Shown here: positions 24,553-36,976 of the stretch, one piece after another
Layout: the number at the start of each line of letters is the position of its first letter
Numbering within the stretch: position 1 is the first letter of the stretch
Origin: Sphyrna mokarran
Lineage: Eukaryota
DNA: 64,000 bases
Assembly: GCA_024679065.1 (NCBI GenBank)
Contig: JAGIQG010000028.1
Coordinates: 12,772,001 to 12,836,000 of the forward strand
Reading direction: 5' to 3'
Program-made: the position numbers and the translations under genes
The notes under the pieces: generated by a model
What the model was told of the DNA's origin: nothing
Seen by the model: the letters and a program-made list of their open reading frames with translations, nothing else
The model's database searches: none

Positions 24553-25206
24553 CAGGCAAGAGATTCAGCTGTCACTCAACAGATTAAAGTGAAAGATAGG
24601 GGCATCAATCTGCATTCTGACTGATGTTGTGGCCCCAACGTGCGAGGACCTTAAAACTATAAAAAATGGCAACATGGACAAGTTGGTCTGAAGGGCTGTT
24701 TCCACGCTGTAAACTCTATGAATCTGTGACTCATAGTGGGAATGTTGGCAATCACCATGGAGTCCTTGGTCCAGCAAGTTTTATTAGATTGTGTTTCCTT
24801 CAACTCAGCTGTTTCCTGGTGTTGTCCACAGTGCACAATGTCACAAAGCATGTTTGCTTCCCAGCCAACTGTTTAAAATTCTGGCATATAGGTTTAGCTG
24901 CCTGATGCTAGTTCTTGTGGACCCTCTGCCTGAGTGGAGTGACATCTGAATTATTTATTACATTTTATAAAACACACACAAGAACTGGTTCATTACTGCA
25001 GGGCGTAATTATATTTTTTGCATTCTAAGTAAGCAAAAACCTGTATCCAATATTAGGCTAACAATAAGTGAATAGAATATGGGGCAGATCCACCAATCCT
25101 AGCAGCATGAGATGTAGAACTGATCAGACTCTGATCTCTAACTCATGTCTCCTTTAAGCATGGTTCCTCACTGAAGCCAAAGGATCACTGAATTTGGCTA
25201 ATCCTC

Positions 25207-25340
25207 NNNNNNNNNNNNNNNNNNNNNNNNNNNNNNNNNNNNNNNNNNNNNNNNNNNNNNNNNNNNNNNNNNNNNNNNNNNNNNNNNNNNNNNNNNNNNN
25301 NNNNNNNNNNNNNNNNNNNNNNNNNNNNNNNNNNNNNNNN
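25207..25340. other. Assembly gap (134 N)
   Basis: Run of N. Confidence 1.
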
Positions 25341-26374
25341 CAAGAAAATCCTTGAAGGAAAATTTTCATTTGCATACTGTATCTTCCAATTCCAGGACAC
25401 ACTTCTGTGCCTTTGCATTTGCGTCTAATTTGTCAGTAATTTGTAAGGTAATAAATTGCATCTTTCAGAGGAGAATACCTGCTTATGGCTCTTAATGTTA
25501 GGTGAAACAAGCCTCCATGGGTCTGGTCATAGATGGAACTGGCCTTTTTGAAGATCTTGGCATGTCTGGTTGTTGGATGGAAAATGAGCTTTCTTCACCA
25601 GTTATACTGCTCAGTCACTTTGATATCGCACCCTGTGGATTCAGCTGTCTGTCTCTCAAATTACTTGCCTTTAGATGTCATCTTTTGTATAGCCCTACGG
25701 ATCTCTTGTAAACAATATTTCTGATATGGCAATTCGCACCCCGATTTTTCTGGACACCTGCCAATTTTATTACGGGGCAAATCATATTTCAATATTCCTC
25801 TCGACATCTCCTAATCTTGTTTTTCTGTTTGTTATTTTGTTTTCATCTCAAGCTCACTGTTAACCTTGTTAACTTCCAAATTCCTAATATGCATTGATAT
25901 AGAAGTGGCCTCAATTAGAAAAGGTGGTGCGTTACTGAGTGTACTTACCAATGAAAAATTAAAAGGGACAGTTTGTTTTCCTGCTGGTGTAACTATTATT
26001 GACTCTTTCTTGTGAGATGTAATGGAAAGAATCATTGTATCTTAAAATAAGGGATTAACAGATAATGATGGATTCTGGTATGAGCGAGCTTAATGGATCA
26101 AATGGTCCTTTTTTGCTCATGTTTTCCTATGGTTTTATATGTTCTAAAATGCAAACATGGTGTCACCTAACTAGTGGTTCTTGACTCACCTTAGCTCCCC
26201 ACCCACTCTTTTCAATTTTAATGGTAACTTACACTTTGGATCTTCAGATAGCTTTCTCTGTTTATGGATCTTGTTCAAGACAATATTATTTTATGAACAA
26301 TGATTCGATCTGATTGAATGTGCCTTCTTCTTTCTTTAGTTCACCATTACATTCTGGGAGAAGATATCTTGTCA

Positions 26375-26705
26375 CAAGAGAAAGAAAGATTTGTATTGTT
26401 AGAGCATGTCTTTCCAAGGTGTCCCATGTTACTTCATAACCAATGAACTATTAGTTGAAGTGCACTTATTATTGTAATGAGCATAAGAACAACATTCAAC
26501 AGACAGCAAATAAGATGATTGGCCAGGTGATGTGATAAAGAGATAGGACGTCAGTACAGCCTCCATTCCCAAAGTCTCCATGCCTGATGATGCAGTATTC
26601 CTGTAGTGCTGGACTGGATTGTCAGCCTAGGGAGCGGTGCTGAAGTGGAGCTTGAACCTCAGCCATCTGATTCAATGGGGAAGGTACTCCCAACTGACCC
26701 AAGTG
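26375..26705 (-). mobile_element. Decayed SacSINE1-like SINE; further copies or tails at about 30190-30520 (+), 34065-34450 (-), 44915-45015 (-) and 50455-50590 (-)
   Basis: aagaaagatttgtatt...ccaatgaactatt.gttgaagtg...gtcagcctag...ttgaacctc; matches the reverse complement of 1710-2152. Confidence 0.6.
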
Positions 26706-27499
26706 ACTTTAACAGATTGCGAGTATATGTTTTACATTCATCTGTCTGAAGCTCACTACTTTAAACATGTGTTCAAATCCGATACCAGTGTAGCTCTAAA
26801 CCAAATCATATGCTTGCTAGACAGCTGCTGTTGATTATAAACTAGTCACCCAGACTGAAACCTAACTGCCTAGAGTCTCTGTTTCTCAGAGATAATGATC
26901 ACACCCCACGTGCCATGGAAAAGCTCAGGGCTATTTGGAGCAATTAACACAATTAGGATCACCTATCTTTCTTAAAAAATGCAAAAAAAACTTAACAGCA
27001 ATATTTCAGTGGCAGTCTTGGTCACAATCTTATATTCAGATGTATTTTTCTACATCTTTATGAGGTTGCTTTTTTTAATTAGTGGCTGAAATTGCCAAGA
27101 CCAACAAATTGATCCTGATGCTTCAAATAAATCCCAAACAAATTAAGTTTTTCTAATTCATTTATTCTGTGAATTTTACTTAATGGAGACCATGTCTTCA
27201 CTTTCTGTTGAGTTTGGTATTTTGTAGATCTATTTTATAGAAGTGGTATCATTAAAATCTGTCAGCAATTAAAATCTAGAGGTAGAACTTAATTTACTGG
27301 CATACTCACATGTGGGTGAACTGAAGGTGTCAACAGGGTAAAATCTTGAAGTATTTCACCACTTGATATTGGTATACCACTGCTTGGTATTGGAATGCAA
27401 CAGTACCATGTTCATTTCACTGAACATTCTAAATGAGTTTCCTCAATATAGCTTGATGCACTCCAGCATTTGAGTTTCCTTCACAATTTATCCTGGTCT

Positions 27500-28250
27500 G
27501 AACATCCCTCTGGTTCTCTGTTCTGCTGTGTGCCTCCTTCTGGCTCTCTGTTCCACCATGTACTTCCCTCTGGTTTCCTGTTCCACTATTTCATCTCCCT
27601 CTGGCTCTCTGTTTCTCTGCATGCCTCCCTCTGGCACTTGGTTCCTCCATTCCACTTCCTTCTGGCTCTCTGTTTCTCTGCATGTCTCCCTCTGGCACTT
27701 GGTTCCTCCATTCCACTTCCCTCTGGCTCTCTGTTTCTCTGCATGCCCCGCTCTGGCTCTCTGTTTCTCTGCATGCCTCGCTCTGGCTCTCTGTTCCTCT
27801 GCGTGACTTCCTCTGGCTCTCTATTCCTCTGTGTGCCTCCTTCTGGTGTTCTGTTCCTCTGATTCACCTCCCTCGGGCTCTCCATTTCTCTGTGCCTCGC
27901 ACTGGCTCAGTGTTCCTCTGTGTGCCTCCTTCTGGTTCAGTGCTCTTCGGTGTGCCTCCCTCTGGCACTCTGTCCTCTGTATGCCTCCTTCTGGCTCTCT
28001 GTTCCTCTGTGTGCCCTCCTCTGGCTCTCTGTTCCTCTGTGTGCCTCCTTCTGGCTCAGTGCTCTTCTGTGTGCCTCCCTCTGCCTTTCTTGTTCCTCTG
28101 TGTGCCTCCCTCTGGATGTGGAGATGCCAGCATTGGACTGGGGTAAACACAGTAAGAAGTCTCACATAACCAGGTTAAAGTCCTGTTGGACCTTAACCTG
28201 GTGTTGTGAGACTTCTTACTGCCTCACTCTGGCTCAGTGTTCTTCTGTGT
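27500..28250. repeat. 30-bp pyrimidine-rich minisatellite, about 21 copies, consensus ctctggctctctgttcctctgtgtgcctcc
   Basis: 30-bp periodicity; gives SGSLFLCVPP and QRNREPE repeat ORFs; interrupted at 28115-28221. Confidence 0.93.
28115..28221. mobile_element. Penelope-type terminal fragment arranged as an inverted pair (hairpin)
   Basis: gatgtggagatgccagcattggactggggtaaaca, then arms 28150-28183 and 28188-28221 complementary at 31 of 34 positions. Confidence 0.7.
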
Positions 28251-28479
28251 TCATCCTTATGACGCTGGGTGAAATTTTTCAGACCTCCCTGTGGTGGATT
28301 TAATGGTGAGCAGGTTGGAAAACTAGTGCTGTGAGCTCAAAGATCAGCTTTTTGCCAGCATAAAATGATGAAGTGTCATGGTAGGTCACCTTTCCCACCA
28401 GATGACAACATGAATCCAATTTGCAATCCGTTAATGGGATGCAGATGAAGGTCCAACTGGAATCACCACTCTATTTGCT

Positions 28480-28775
28480 GCACCAGGAGGCCATTCAGCC
28501 CATCGTGCCTACACCAACTTTCCAATAGAGCATCTCAGCCAGACTCTATCCTTGTAACACCACATATTTACCCTGCCTATCCCCTAAATTACACATTCTT
28601 GGACATTTAGAGTGGCCAATCCACCTAACCTGTACATCTTTGGAGTGTGGGAGAAAACCGGAGCACCTGGAAGAAACTCACACAGACATGGGAAGAACAG
28701 GCAAACACCACATGGTCAGTCATCCAGGGCCAGAATTGAACCCAGGTTCCTGGCACTATGATGCAGCAGTGCTAA
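28480..28775 (-). mobile_element. HE1/V-SINE; partial copy at 29090-29250 (-)
   Basis: ggagtgtgggagaaaaccggagcacctgg...gaattgaacccagg...gcagcagtgctaa. Confidence 0.85.
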
Positions 28776-30894
28776 AGTGTTGTGATTCCTGGAGAAATCA
28801 ATGGTTATTGTCGGGATGGTGAGTGTGGGGAGGAGGGAAAGGATATTCAACTCTACTTCAATTGTTACCAGCACCCTGGCCACTTGTTACTGTACAGATC
28901 TTTTGGTGAATTCTTAAGGTGTTGCCATCAAGGATAGGAAGAAATGTAAGTCATTTCAGGTGAACAACTGAAGGGGAATCCTTAAATGAAGTTCAGTGCA
29001 TATGAGAGACTTCTTTCATGTGGCTCACAAGAGCCCTGGCAAATATCTTTGTATCCCTGTATATGCCTGATTCTGGGAGAAATGTGATGTCATTGAATCC
29101 CTACAGTACAGAAGGAGGCATTTGGCCCATTGAGCCTGCACGACAACAATCCCACCCAGGTCCTATCCCGTAATATATTTACCCTGCTAGTACCCCTGAC
29201 ACTAAAGGCCAATTTAGCATGACCAATCAACCTAACCTGCACATTTTGAGTGTCCCTTGGAAAATGATTTGTGGGGGTGGGGAGGTTGTGGAGGTACATA
29301 CACAGGTTTATGGATTATTGCAAATAGACTTCCTCACATATGATTAAAATGCAAGTGCTCTATATTTACAAAATTGTAACAATCATCGTGCACCACTTAT
29401 GAAATCAAAACTTTTAATTTTTTCCCCTTATACTTCTTCCAAATTCTCCCTTGGCAGCAGCAGAAGTGGAGTCAGCCTGCTAACCAGTTGGCTGTGTTGC
29501 CATGGATGCCCTTGGCAGCTATCCTCTGGAGACTTAAGGCCTAGGAGTCCCGGCTTACTTTGGCTGTCTTGTAGTGGGGCAGCTGCACCGCAGCCTCAAC
29601 CTGCCCCTTTGCAATCACAGAGGTCAAGATAAAGGGGGTCACAAGTAAAGGGAATTTTGAAGAACCATACATCCTCCAAGTCCTGAACATATGGCCGAGG
29701 TGTGTCCAACTGCTGCTTATACTTTCTTTGGGTGCTTGAAGGCCCATGTTTGACTTCATGAGGGGAAGAGTTATGTGGACAAAGGTTGAGGTGCTGTGTC
29801 CCCCCCCTTATGTAGCCACTGCAGAAGTTCTATAACAAGGGAATGCAGGTCTGTGTGCATTTCTGGCAGAATCTGCTGGACTGGGTTCTCCATGGAGTCT
29901 GCCACCCTCATATATGCCTTTGTCTCTCTTTGTTTGTGCAGCTTTCTATTTGTTCTTTCAATTGTTTTAACCTTTTTATTGACTGTTTGGGATATGTTCT
30001 GCATTGGAATACAAACTTGAAGCTGATTTAAAAATCTAATTTATTGCTGTTTTCTGGAACACAAAACACACCAACTATTGATAACAGCCATTACAAAACA
30101 AAAACTCAATTTGTAATGAAGCAGAAAGCCTCACTCAGCTAAAAGGGACTGCTTTGATTCCATTAGTCACACTCATGTATCGAAGTACACTCTTGGGCAT
30201 AATGTTAACACAATCCAGAGGGCATGCTGCATTGTCACCAGTGCCACTTTCAGATATGACATTAAATTGATGGCTCTACTTGCTTGTTTAGTAGTAATTT
30301 GAAAGTAATACAGGATTATCAACATTCATATCAGTTGACAATATTGAAGGAAGAGTTTATTCCATGTCCAACATCTGCTTTCCTCACCCTCTCCACCCCA
30401 AACAACGAACAGTTACAAAATCAAATGCACTATCTCATTGGCTGCCATGTTTGCCTACATAACATCATAATTTCTAAAGTATGAAGTGTTTTGTAATTGT
30501 TGAGTAGATGAAAGGCACATCTCTCTTTAAAAATTATGAAGCATTTCTCAAAGGACAGATTGATTTTTGATAGTGTGTGTATTTGGCTTTTTCTGTTTAT
30601 TTAACATCTCTGCACTGGGTGAGGTGATTCTATTGTAAACAGCTATTTAGCAATCAGGTCCTGTGGGTGAGATCAGGAAAAGCATGATTAATAATAGTGT
30701 AAGCAAAACCAAACTTAAACAAAACCAGAGCAGCTCCACTCGCATGTGGCAAGCTGGGTACAATGGGAAAAAATAAATAGCACAGCTGAATAAACATTAG
30801 GAAAATACTGATAAATCAGTGCTGACACCCTGCATGCTTGAACTATAAGTGACCAGATACCAATTGTTTAATCGTTGAAGTAGATAAGGATAGT

Positions 30895-31560
30895 TTGATA
30901 CCAGTGCAATAAATCCTACAGGTTGATACGATGGAGATGAATTTGTATCAGTGCAGTGAGTCTCATAATTAGGCATGGTGGGGGTAGGTTGATATCAATG
31001 TTTTGAATCACACAGGTAGACAGGTCGGAGATAGGTTGATATCAGCGCAGTGAGTCCCATAACTGGACATGGTGGGGATAGATTGATTTCAATGTATTGA
31101 GTCACACAGGTAAACAGGGTTGGGGATGGGTTACATCAGTGCAGTGAGTCCCTCAGCTGGATATGGTGTGGATTGGTTGATATCAGTGTATTGAGTCACA
31201 GAGGTAAACAGGGTTGGGGATGGGTTATATCAGTGCAGTGAGTCCCACAGCTGGACATGCTGTGGATTGGTTGATATCAGTGTATTGAACCACACAAGTA
31301 AACAGGATTGGGGATAGGTTGATATCAGTGCAGTGAGTCTCACAGCTGGACATGGTGAGGATAGGTTGATATCCAAGTATTGAGTCAAACAGGTAAACAA
31401 GTCAGGGTTGGATTGGTACCAGTGCATTGAGTCCCACAGGCTGATGTGACTTGGAACATTGATGATGGGGCAAAGAGTTTCACATTTGAGCAGTGAGAGA
31501 ATGCATTGATATCAGGAGCAGTGAATCCCTCATGTGGACAAGTTGGGGATGAGTTAACAT
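30895..31560. repeat. Minisatellite with about 47-bp monomers forming a 94-bp A/B dimer
   Basis: gcagtgagtc at 30953, 31047, 31141, 31235 and 31330, alternating with atcagtgtattgagtcacacaggtaaacagg units. Confidence 0.9.
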
Positions 31561-31874
31561 TTGAGCATGATTGGATTTTCTGTATTAAAGGCAGAGTTTG
31601 ATTTTATATTTGCAATTTTACAGTTTGAGCAAAAATCAGTTGAAGCTTGATGCTGTGAATAGATGATTCGAGTTAGTTTATAAAGTAACTATTTGAAAGT
31701 TTAGAGAAATATTAGGAAGTGAGAGTGGGGTGAAGCCAGTGTATAGTTACAAGGTGCAGTTATTCTGAATCTCTTCTTAATATTTTAAGAGTGATTTGGT
31801 CAGCTGAAAGACGATGATGTAAGGTAAGTTTGGGGTAGAGCTGCAGCACAAATAAATGAAACAAGTCCAAAGTC

Positions 31875-32390
31875 AATTTGATTTGATTCATTATTGTCAC
31901 ATGTATTAGCATAGAGTGAAAAGTATTATTTCTTGCACACTATACAGATAAAGCACACCATTCATAAAGAAGGAAATGAGAGTGCAGAATGTAGCATTAC
32001 TTTCATAGCTAGGGTGTAGAAAGATCAACTTAGTGCGAGATAGGCCCGTTCAAAAGTCTGACGGTACAGGGGAGAAACTGTTCTTGAGTCATGACTTCTG
32101 AATCTTTTTCCTGATGGAAGAAGATGGAAGAGAGAATGTCCAGGGTGCATAGGATTCTTAATTATGCTGGCTGCTTTGCCGAGACAGCAGGAAGTATAGA
32201 CAGAGTCAGTGGATGGGAGCTGGTTAGGGGTACATTCACGACGTTCTGTAGTTTCTTACGTGTTGGGCAGAGCAGGAGCCATACCAAGCTATGATACAAT
32301 CAGAAAGAAGGCTTTCTATGGTGCATCTGTAAAAATTGGTGAGAATCAGAGCTGACATGCCTTCTGAGAAAGTAGAAGCAGTGGTGGGCA
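31875..32390 (-). mobile_element. Rex1/Babar-like LINE 3' end
   Basis: tttgatttgattcattattgtcacatgt tail; gagcaggagccataccaagctatgatacaatcagaaagaaggctttctatggtgcatctgtaaaaatt reads as the RT C-terminus on the minus strand. Confidence 0.6.
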
Positions 32391-32407
32391 AGTTTTACTT
32401 CTGGAGA

Positions 32408-32717
32408 GATCATAGAATCCTACAGTGAGAAGGAGGCAATTCAGAGTCTGCACTACCACAATTCCTCCCAGGCCCTATCCTCACAACCCCTTACATTTAC
32501 CGTAGGTGTCCCCAAACATTAAGGGCAATTTAGTATGGCCAATCCATCTAACTCGCACATCTTTGGACTGAGAGGAAACTGGAGCACCGGAGGGAACCCA
32601 CACAGACACCTGGAGACACGCAAATGCCACACAGACAGTGACCCCAAGCCAGGAATTGAACCCGGGTCCCTGGCACTGTGAGGCAACTGTGCTAACCACT
32701 GTGCCACCATACTGCCC
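32408..32717 (-). mobile_element. HE1/V-SINE, near full length
   Basis: aatcctacagtg...ggaaactggagcaccggagggaaccca...ttgaacccgggtccctggcactgtgaggc...gctaaccactgtgccacc. Confidence 0.9.
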
Positions 32718-33019
32718 AAGTTCATGCTTTATGGTTAACTGTGAATTTCTTTTCTTTACACACTCATGGATGTGACTATCACTGGTTAGATGATCATTTA
32801 TTGTTCATCTCTAATTGCGCTTGAGAAGGTGCACAGTATATATCCATAGTGCTGTTAGGAAGGGAGTTGCTGGAATTTGACCCAGTGACAGTGCAGGAAT
32901 GGTGATATGGTTCTAAATCAGGATAATGTGTGACTAAGAGAGAAACTTGCAGGTGTTAGTGTTCCCAGGCCGAAGAATTCTGGCCATGATTAACACTCCA
33001 AATCCAATTTGACTTCTTC

Positions 33020-33125
33020 AGGAATGCAGAGGGATATTGGACTCAAAACCTTAACTCTGTTTCTCTTTCTGTAGATACTGCCAGGCCTATTGAGTCTTTT
33101 CAGCACTATCTGTTTTTATTTCAGA
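33020..33125 (+). mobile_element. Old Penelope-type 3' tail fragment
   Basis: ggactcaaaaccttaactctgtttctct...agatactgccaggcctattgagt...cagcac...tgtttttatttcaga resembles the reverse complement of 45365-45450. Confidence 0.55.
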
Positions 33126-34449
33126 GTGTTGACTGTGAGGTATACTGCTATTGTATAGTCATTGAATCTCAGGAACGATGACTAGAGTCTCTCTTGTTTC
33201 AGATGGTCATTGCCTGGCACTTGTGCAGTAGAAATATTACATGCTACTCAAGCAGCCCAAGCCTGAATATTGTCCAGATTTTGTTGTATGCGGACATAGG
33301 TTGCTTCAGTATCTGAGGATAAAATAAAACTGGAAAATTCCCTTATAATTAGTGTGGCGTACCCTTGAAGGCAAAAAATAGCTATTGAGGAGCTGGTATT
33401 AGGGGATGTTGTTGATATAATGGTAAAGGAAGTATGATTCTGTTGTGATCCGTGTCCAAGTCTCAGAAGAGCTCAAATCCCAGAAAGGTATCTCTCCCAC
33501 CTGCTTTGTACATCTGCACCTCTGATGAGGGGATATGTGATTGAACAGTAAACCTGGCAATAACCCTGCCCCTTCTTTCTAACCACAAAATGTCTTTTGT
33601 AAATTGTGGTCTTGTTGGGTTTCCTTTTCCATCCAGAGATTCCATTCACATGTGCAATTCTATATTACTCAGACTGTGTCCTCATTTTGTGAAATTAAAG
33701 GAATTATTTGATAAAGGTTTCATGAAAAGGAGATAAAATGTTGAAATAAGATGTTTAACTCCCAATTATAAATTGATGGTTATTATGCAACTTCTATTCC
33801 CTCTCATTATGGAGGTGATTCTTCTGCATCCTTGCTAGATAAAGGAAGTAGGTAGATGTTTGAGACTCCCATGATTTTGGTCTAACATGAATGGGACAAA
33901 AATAACCTCAGGATAAGAATGAATTAAGTATAATGCAAGCAAAGAGAGAAATGTTGTATAGTTTTATTCACCAAGCGAGGGAGGTGAAGCATCAATATTA
34001 AAGAGGCTGTGTACTGAGGGGATGTCTGCAATTGGGCCTCAAGTAAGATTGTGAGCAGTTATGAAGAAAGAAATACAGATTTACATTTATATAGCACCAA
34101 AAATTGCCTCAGGATGCCCCAAAGTGCTTACAGCTAATGAAGTACTTTTGAAGTGTATTCACTGTTGTAATGTAGGAAAATAAATAGCCAGTCTGTGCAC
34201 AACAGGATCACACAAATAGGTAAATGATTTTTTTTGGTTAATGTTTATTAAGGAGAAAATATTGACCAGGAATCAAGGATACTTCTCCTGCTTTTTCCTG
34301 AAGTAGTGCCATGGGATTGCCTATGCCTACTTTAGAGACCAGATGATGGGGTCAATTTTACCTCTTATCTGAAAGGTATTACTTCCAACAGTGCAGAATT
34401 CTCTTAATACTGTACTGGAGTGCTAGTCTAGGTTTTTGTACTCAAGTTG

Positions 34450-35490
34450 TACCTATCAGGAAAGGCTGAACAAGCTGGAGCTATTTTTGCTGTTCCTGAG
34501 AAGATTGAAGAGGTAATTTAACAGGTTTCTTCAAAATTTTGGAGGAATTCATTGGGTAAGCATTGAGATGATGGGCTTGATTTTACTGAGTCTCCAATAC
34601 CCAGGTAATGAATTAATGAGTAGCAGCCTGCCCATAATCCTGACAGCTGCCATACATCATCTTAATGTAGGCAACAGCATTAATTGCTTTAAGGCAAGAC
34701 TTTTGCCCCAACTCAAGTTGTGCCTTAGAGAGCAATCAGCCCCTCAGATGGCTGACAGTTTTATAGTCCCAGTAGTGGGTGCCAGGAGTGGCAACCGTCT
34801 CTGGGATTACAGGCCGAGGAACCCAGGTCTGTTCAGGGTTGGAAAGTTCAAACAGGGTGTGATGAGAAGGGTACGGATTTGGGCTCAAGAAGGTGGGGCA
34901 AGGGTTAAAAAGGGGGGTGATCTTGAGGAGAGAGGGTGCCTCCTATGAGCCCAACTCCCCTCCCCTATTCCCCCTGATGCGAGCATGTACAGCTAAAGTT
35001 GGGAGTACAATACCAATAATGGTGGGTTGAGGTTCTTGATCATTAGTTGGAAGGCTGGCCAACATCTCAACTGCTTCTTATAACATTGATGGCAGATTGG
35101 GGCAGAGGGATAGTTGGAGGATAGAAAACCTTACATGCCTTCAAATGGGCCATTAGGAGACCATGAAATCCAGCCTGATGTTTTTACTTCTGGGAGAACC
35201 CAAAGCAAAAAGTTGTAAATATAAGATAGTCACCATTCAATAAGGAATCTAGAAGGAGCTTGTTTACCCAGATACTGGTTGGAGTGTGGAACTTGCTTTC
35301 ACTTGAAATAATTGGAGCAAATAGCATCGATGCATTTGAGTGGAAGTTAGATAATGTGACGTGAGAGGGAAAGGAATAGAAATGTATGCTAATGTAGTTA
35401 GGTTAAGAGAGGTGGGAAGAGACTTATGTGGTACATAAATGTTGGCACAGACCAGTTGGGGTGAATGGTAGTATATTCTGTGTAATTCTA
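34450..35490 (+). mobile_element. CR1 3' end with nested MITE-like element (about 34574-35176)
   Basis: tatcaggaaaggctgaacaagctggagct...; TIR-like gggcttgattttac / catgaaatccagcct flanked by gat/gat; resumes ...tttacccaga...gtgtggaacttgct. Confidence 0.55.
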
Positions 35491-36161
35491 TTTAATCAGG
35501 AATATAAACACTGGAGGCCCCATTGTATTTAAGACCCACTCTTCAAATGCATAGACCCTGAAATTACATAGTGCACGTAACTAGTGTCTACATTGGTGAA
35601 GAGAGGGATTTACTTTACATGTCTTAAATATTCATTCACTGGCTCTCACGGACTAATGTTAAGGTTCCAACTAATAAAAGTCCCTTTGTGTAGTTTAAGG
35701 TAAAGGTCTGAATATTGCCATTCTTATCCTTTTTTTAAATATATTGCTGCATCTATTGCCAGCTGTCTCACATCTCCATTGATCTGTGACACAGCCTTTC
35801 CCTTCTCCCCTTCCAAAACCACAAAAATACCAAGCAACCATTATCAGATTTAAACTTGTGGCTACCGTTCAAACATAAACTCTGTTCCGGTCGATTTATT
35901 GGTGATGTATGTGGGGCCTCATCCAACTGCTGCAATCCCTGTATGCACAGGAATACTTCCCAGTTCTGTCTTGCAGGTATGAAGGATTTTAAAGATTCCA
36001 AGCTTGGTTGTTCCTTCAAATATTTGTGAAAGTCATTCAGTGCAGGGCCAATTCCAATTATTTAAAAAAATGAAATATTAGCAATGCACAACTGGCCAGT
36101 CAGCATCTACAGCAAAGTTTTGTGTGTATATGTATTTCCTATCCAATTTTCTGGTGTCTAT

Positions 36162-36450
36162 ATGACATAGTGGTTAGCACTACTGCCTCCCAGTGCCAGA
36201 AACTCAGGTTTGATTCTTGGCTTGGGTCACTGTCTGTGTGGAGTTTGCACGTTCTGCCTGTGTCTGTGTGGGTTCCTCCGGTTGCTCCAGTTTCCTCCAT
36301 AGCCTGAAAGATGTGCTGGTTAGGCGCACTGGTCATGTTAAATTCTCCCTCAGTATATCCGAACAGGCGCTGGAGTATGGCGACTAAGGGAATTTCACAG
36401 TAACTTCAGTGCAGTGTTAATATAAGCCTACGTGTGACTAATAAATAAGC
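36162..36450 (+). mobile_element. V-SINE, alternative-tail subfamily; another copy at 57718-58006
   Basis: Same head, core and ...gtaacttc.ttgcagtgttaat.taagcctac.tgtga tail as 12070-12365. Confidence 0.85.
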
Positions 36451-36559
36451 TTAACTTTATTATTGCTTTTAAGTTAGCATTTAACATTGAAACTGCCTTG
36501 TAAATATTTAAAATAGAAATCTTGTATGTTAACAGTCTCCTATAACCATGTAGGAAGGT

Positions 36560-36935
36560 GGAAGCATAGGAACAGGTCAGGTCTTTCAAGCCTGTTTCTG
36601 ATATTCAGTGAGATCATTGCTTAGATACGACCTAACTTCGTCTAGCTATTTTTCTCTCATATCGCTTAACGACTTTGGTTTTCAAATATCTATCAATCTC
36701 AGGTTAAAAAATATGAATTGATTAAGTAGTTGCCTTTTGCAGAAATAAGTTCCAAACTTCTATCACCCATTGTGTGTAGGAATGTTTCCTAATTTCACTC
36801 CTGGAAGTTCTGGCTAGAATATGCTTCTGAGTGCTGACTTTCCAACCAGTGGAAATAATTTCTATCTACATGCTATCTGTTTCCCTTAACATTGGAAAAC
36901 ATCAAACAAATCATTTCTTAACCTTCTAAATTCTG
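36560..36935 (-). mobile_element. Decayed CR1 3' end; similar tails at about 52770-52990 (-), 62630-62700 (+) and 63090-63330 (-)
   Basis: agcataggaacagg...attcagtgagatcat...gttccaaacttctatcaccc. Confidence 0.55.
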
Positions 36936-36976
36936 AATGAATTGGTGTCTTTGGTTTCCCTCTCCAAAAAAAATTC

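Noticed and set aside
25154-25418. ORFs spanning the N run
   Set aside because: Artefacts of the assembly gap
27470-28303. Overlapping 92-154 aa ORFs on both strands
   Set aside because: By-product of an A-poor 30-bp repeat that rarely forms stop codons
32660-32717. tRNA-like A/B boxes here and at other SINE heads
   Set aside because: They are tRNA-derived SINE promoters continuous with the SINE core, not cloverleaf tRNA genes
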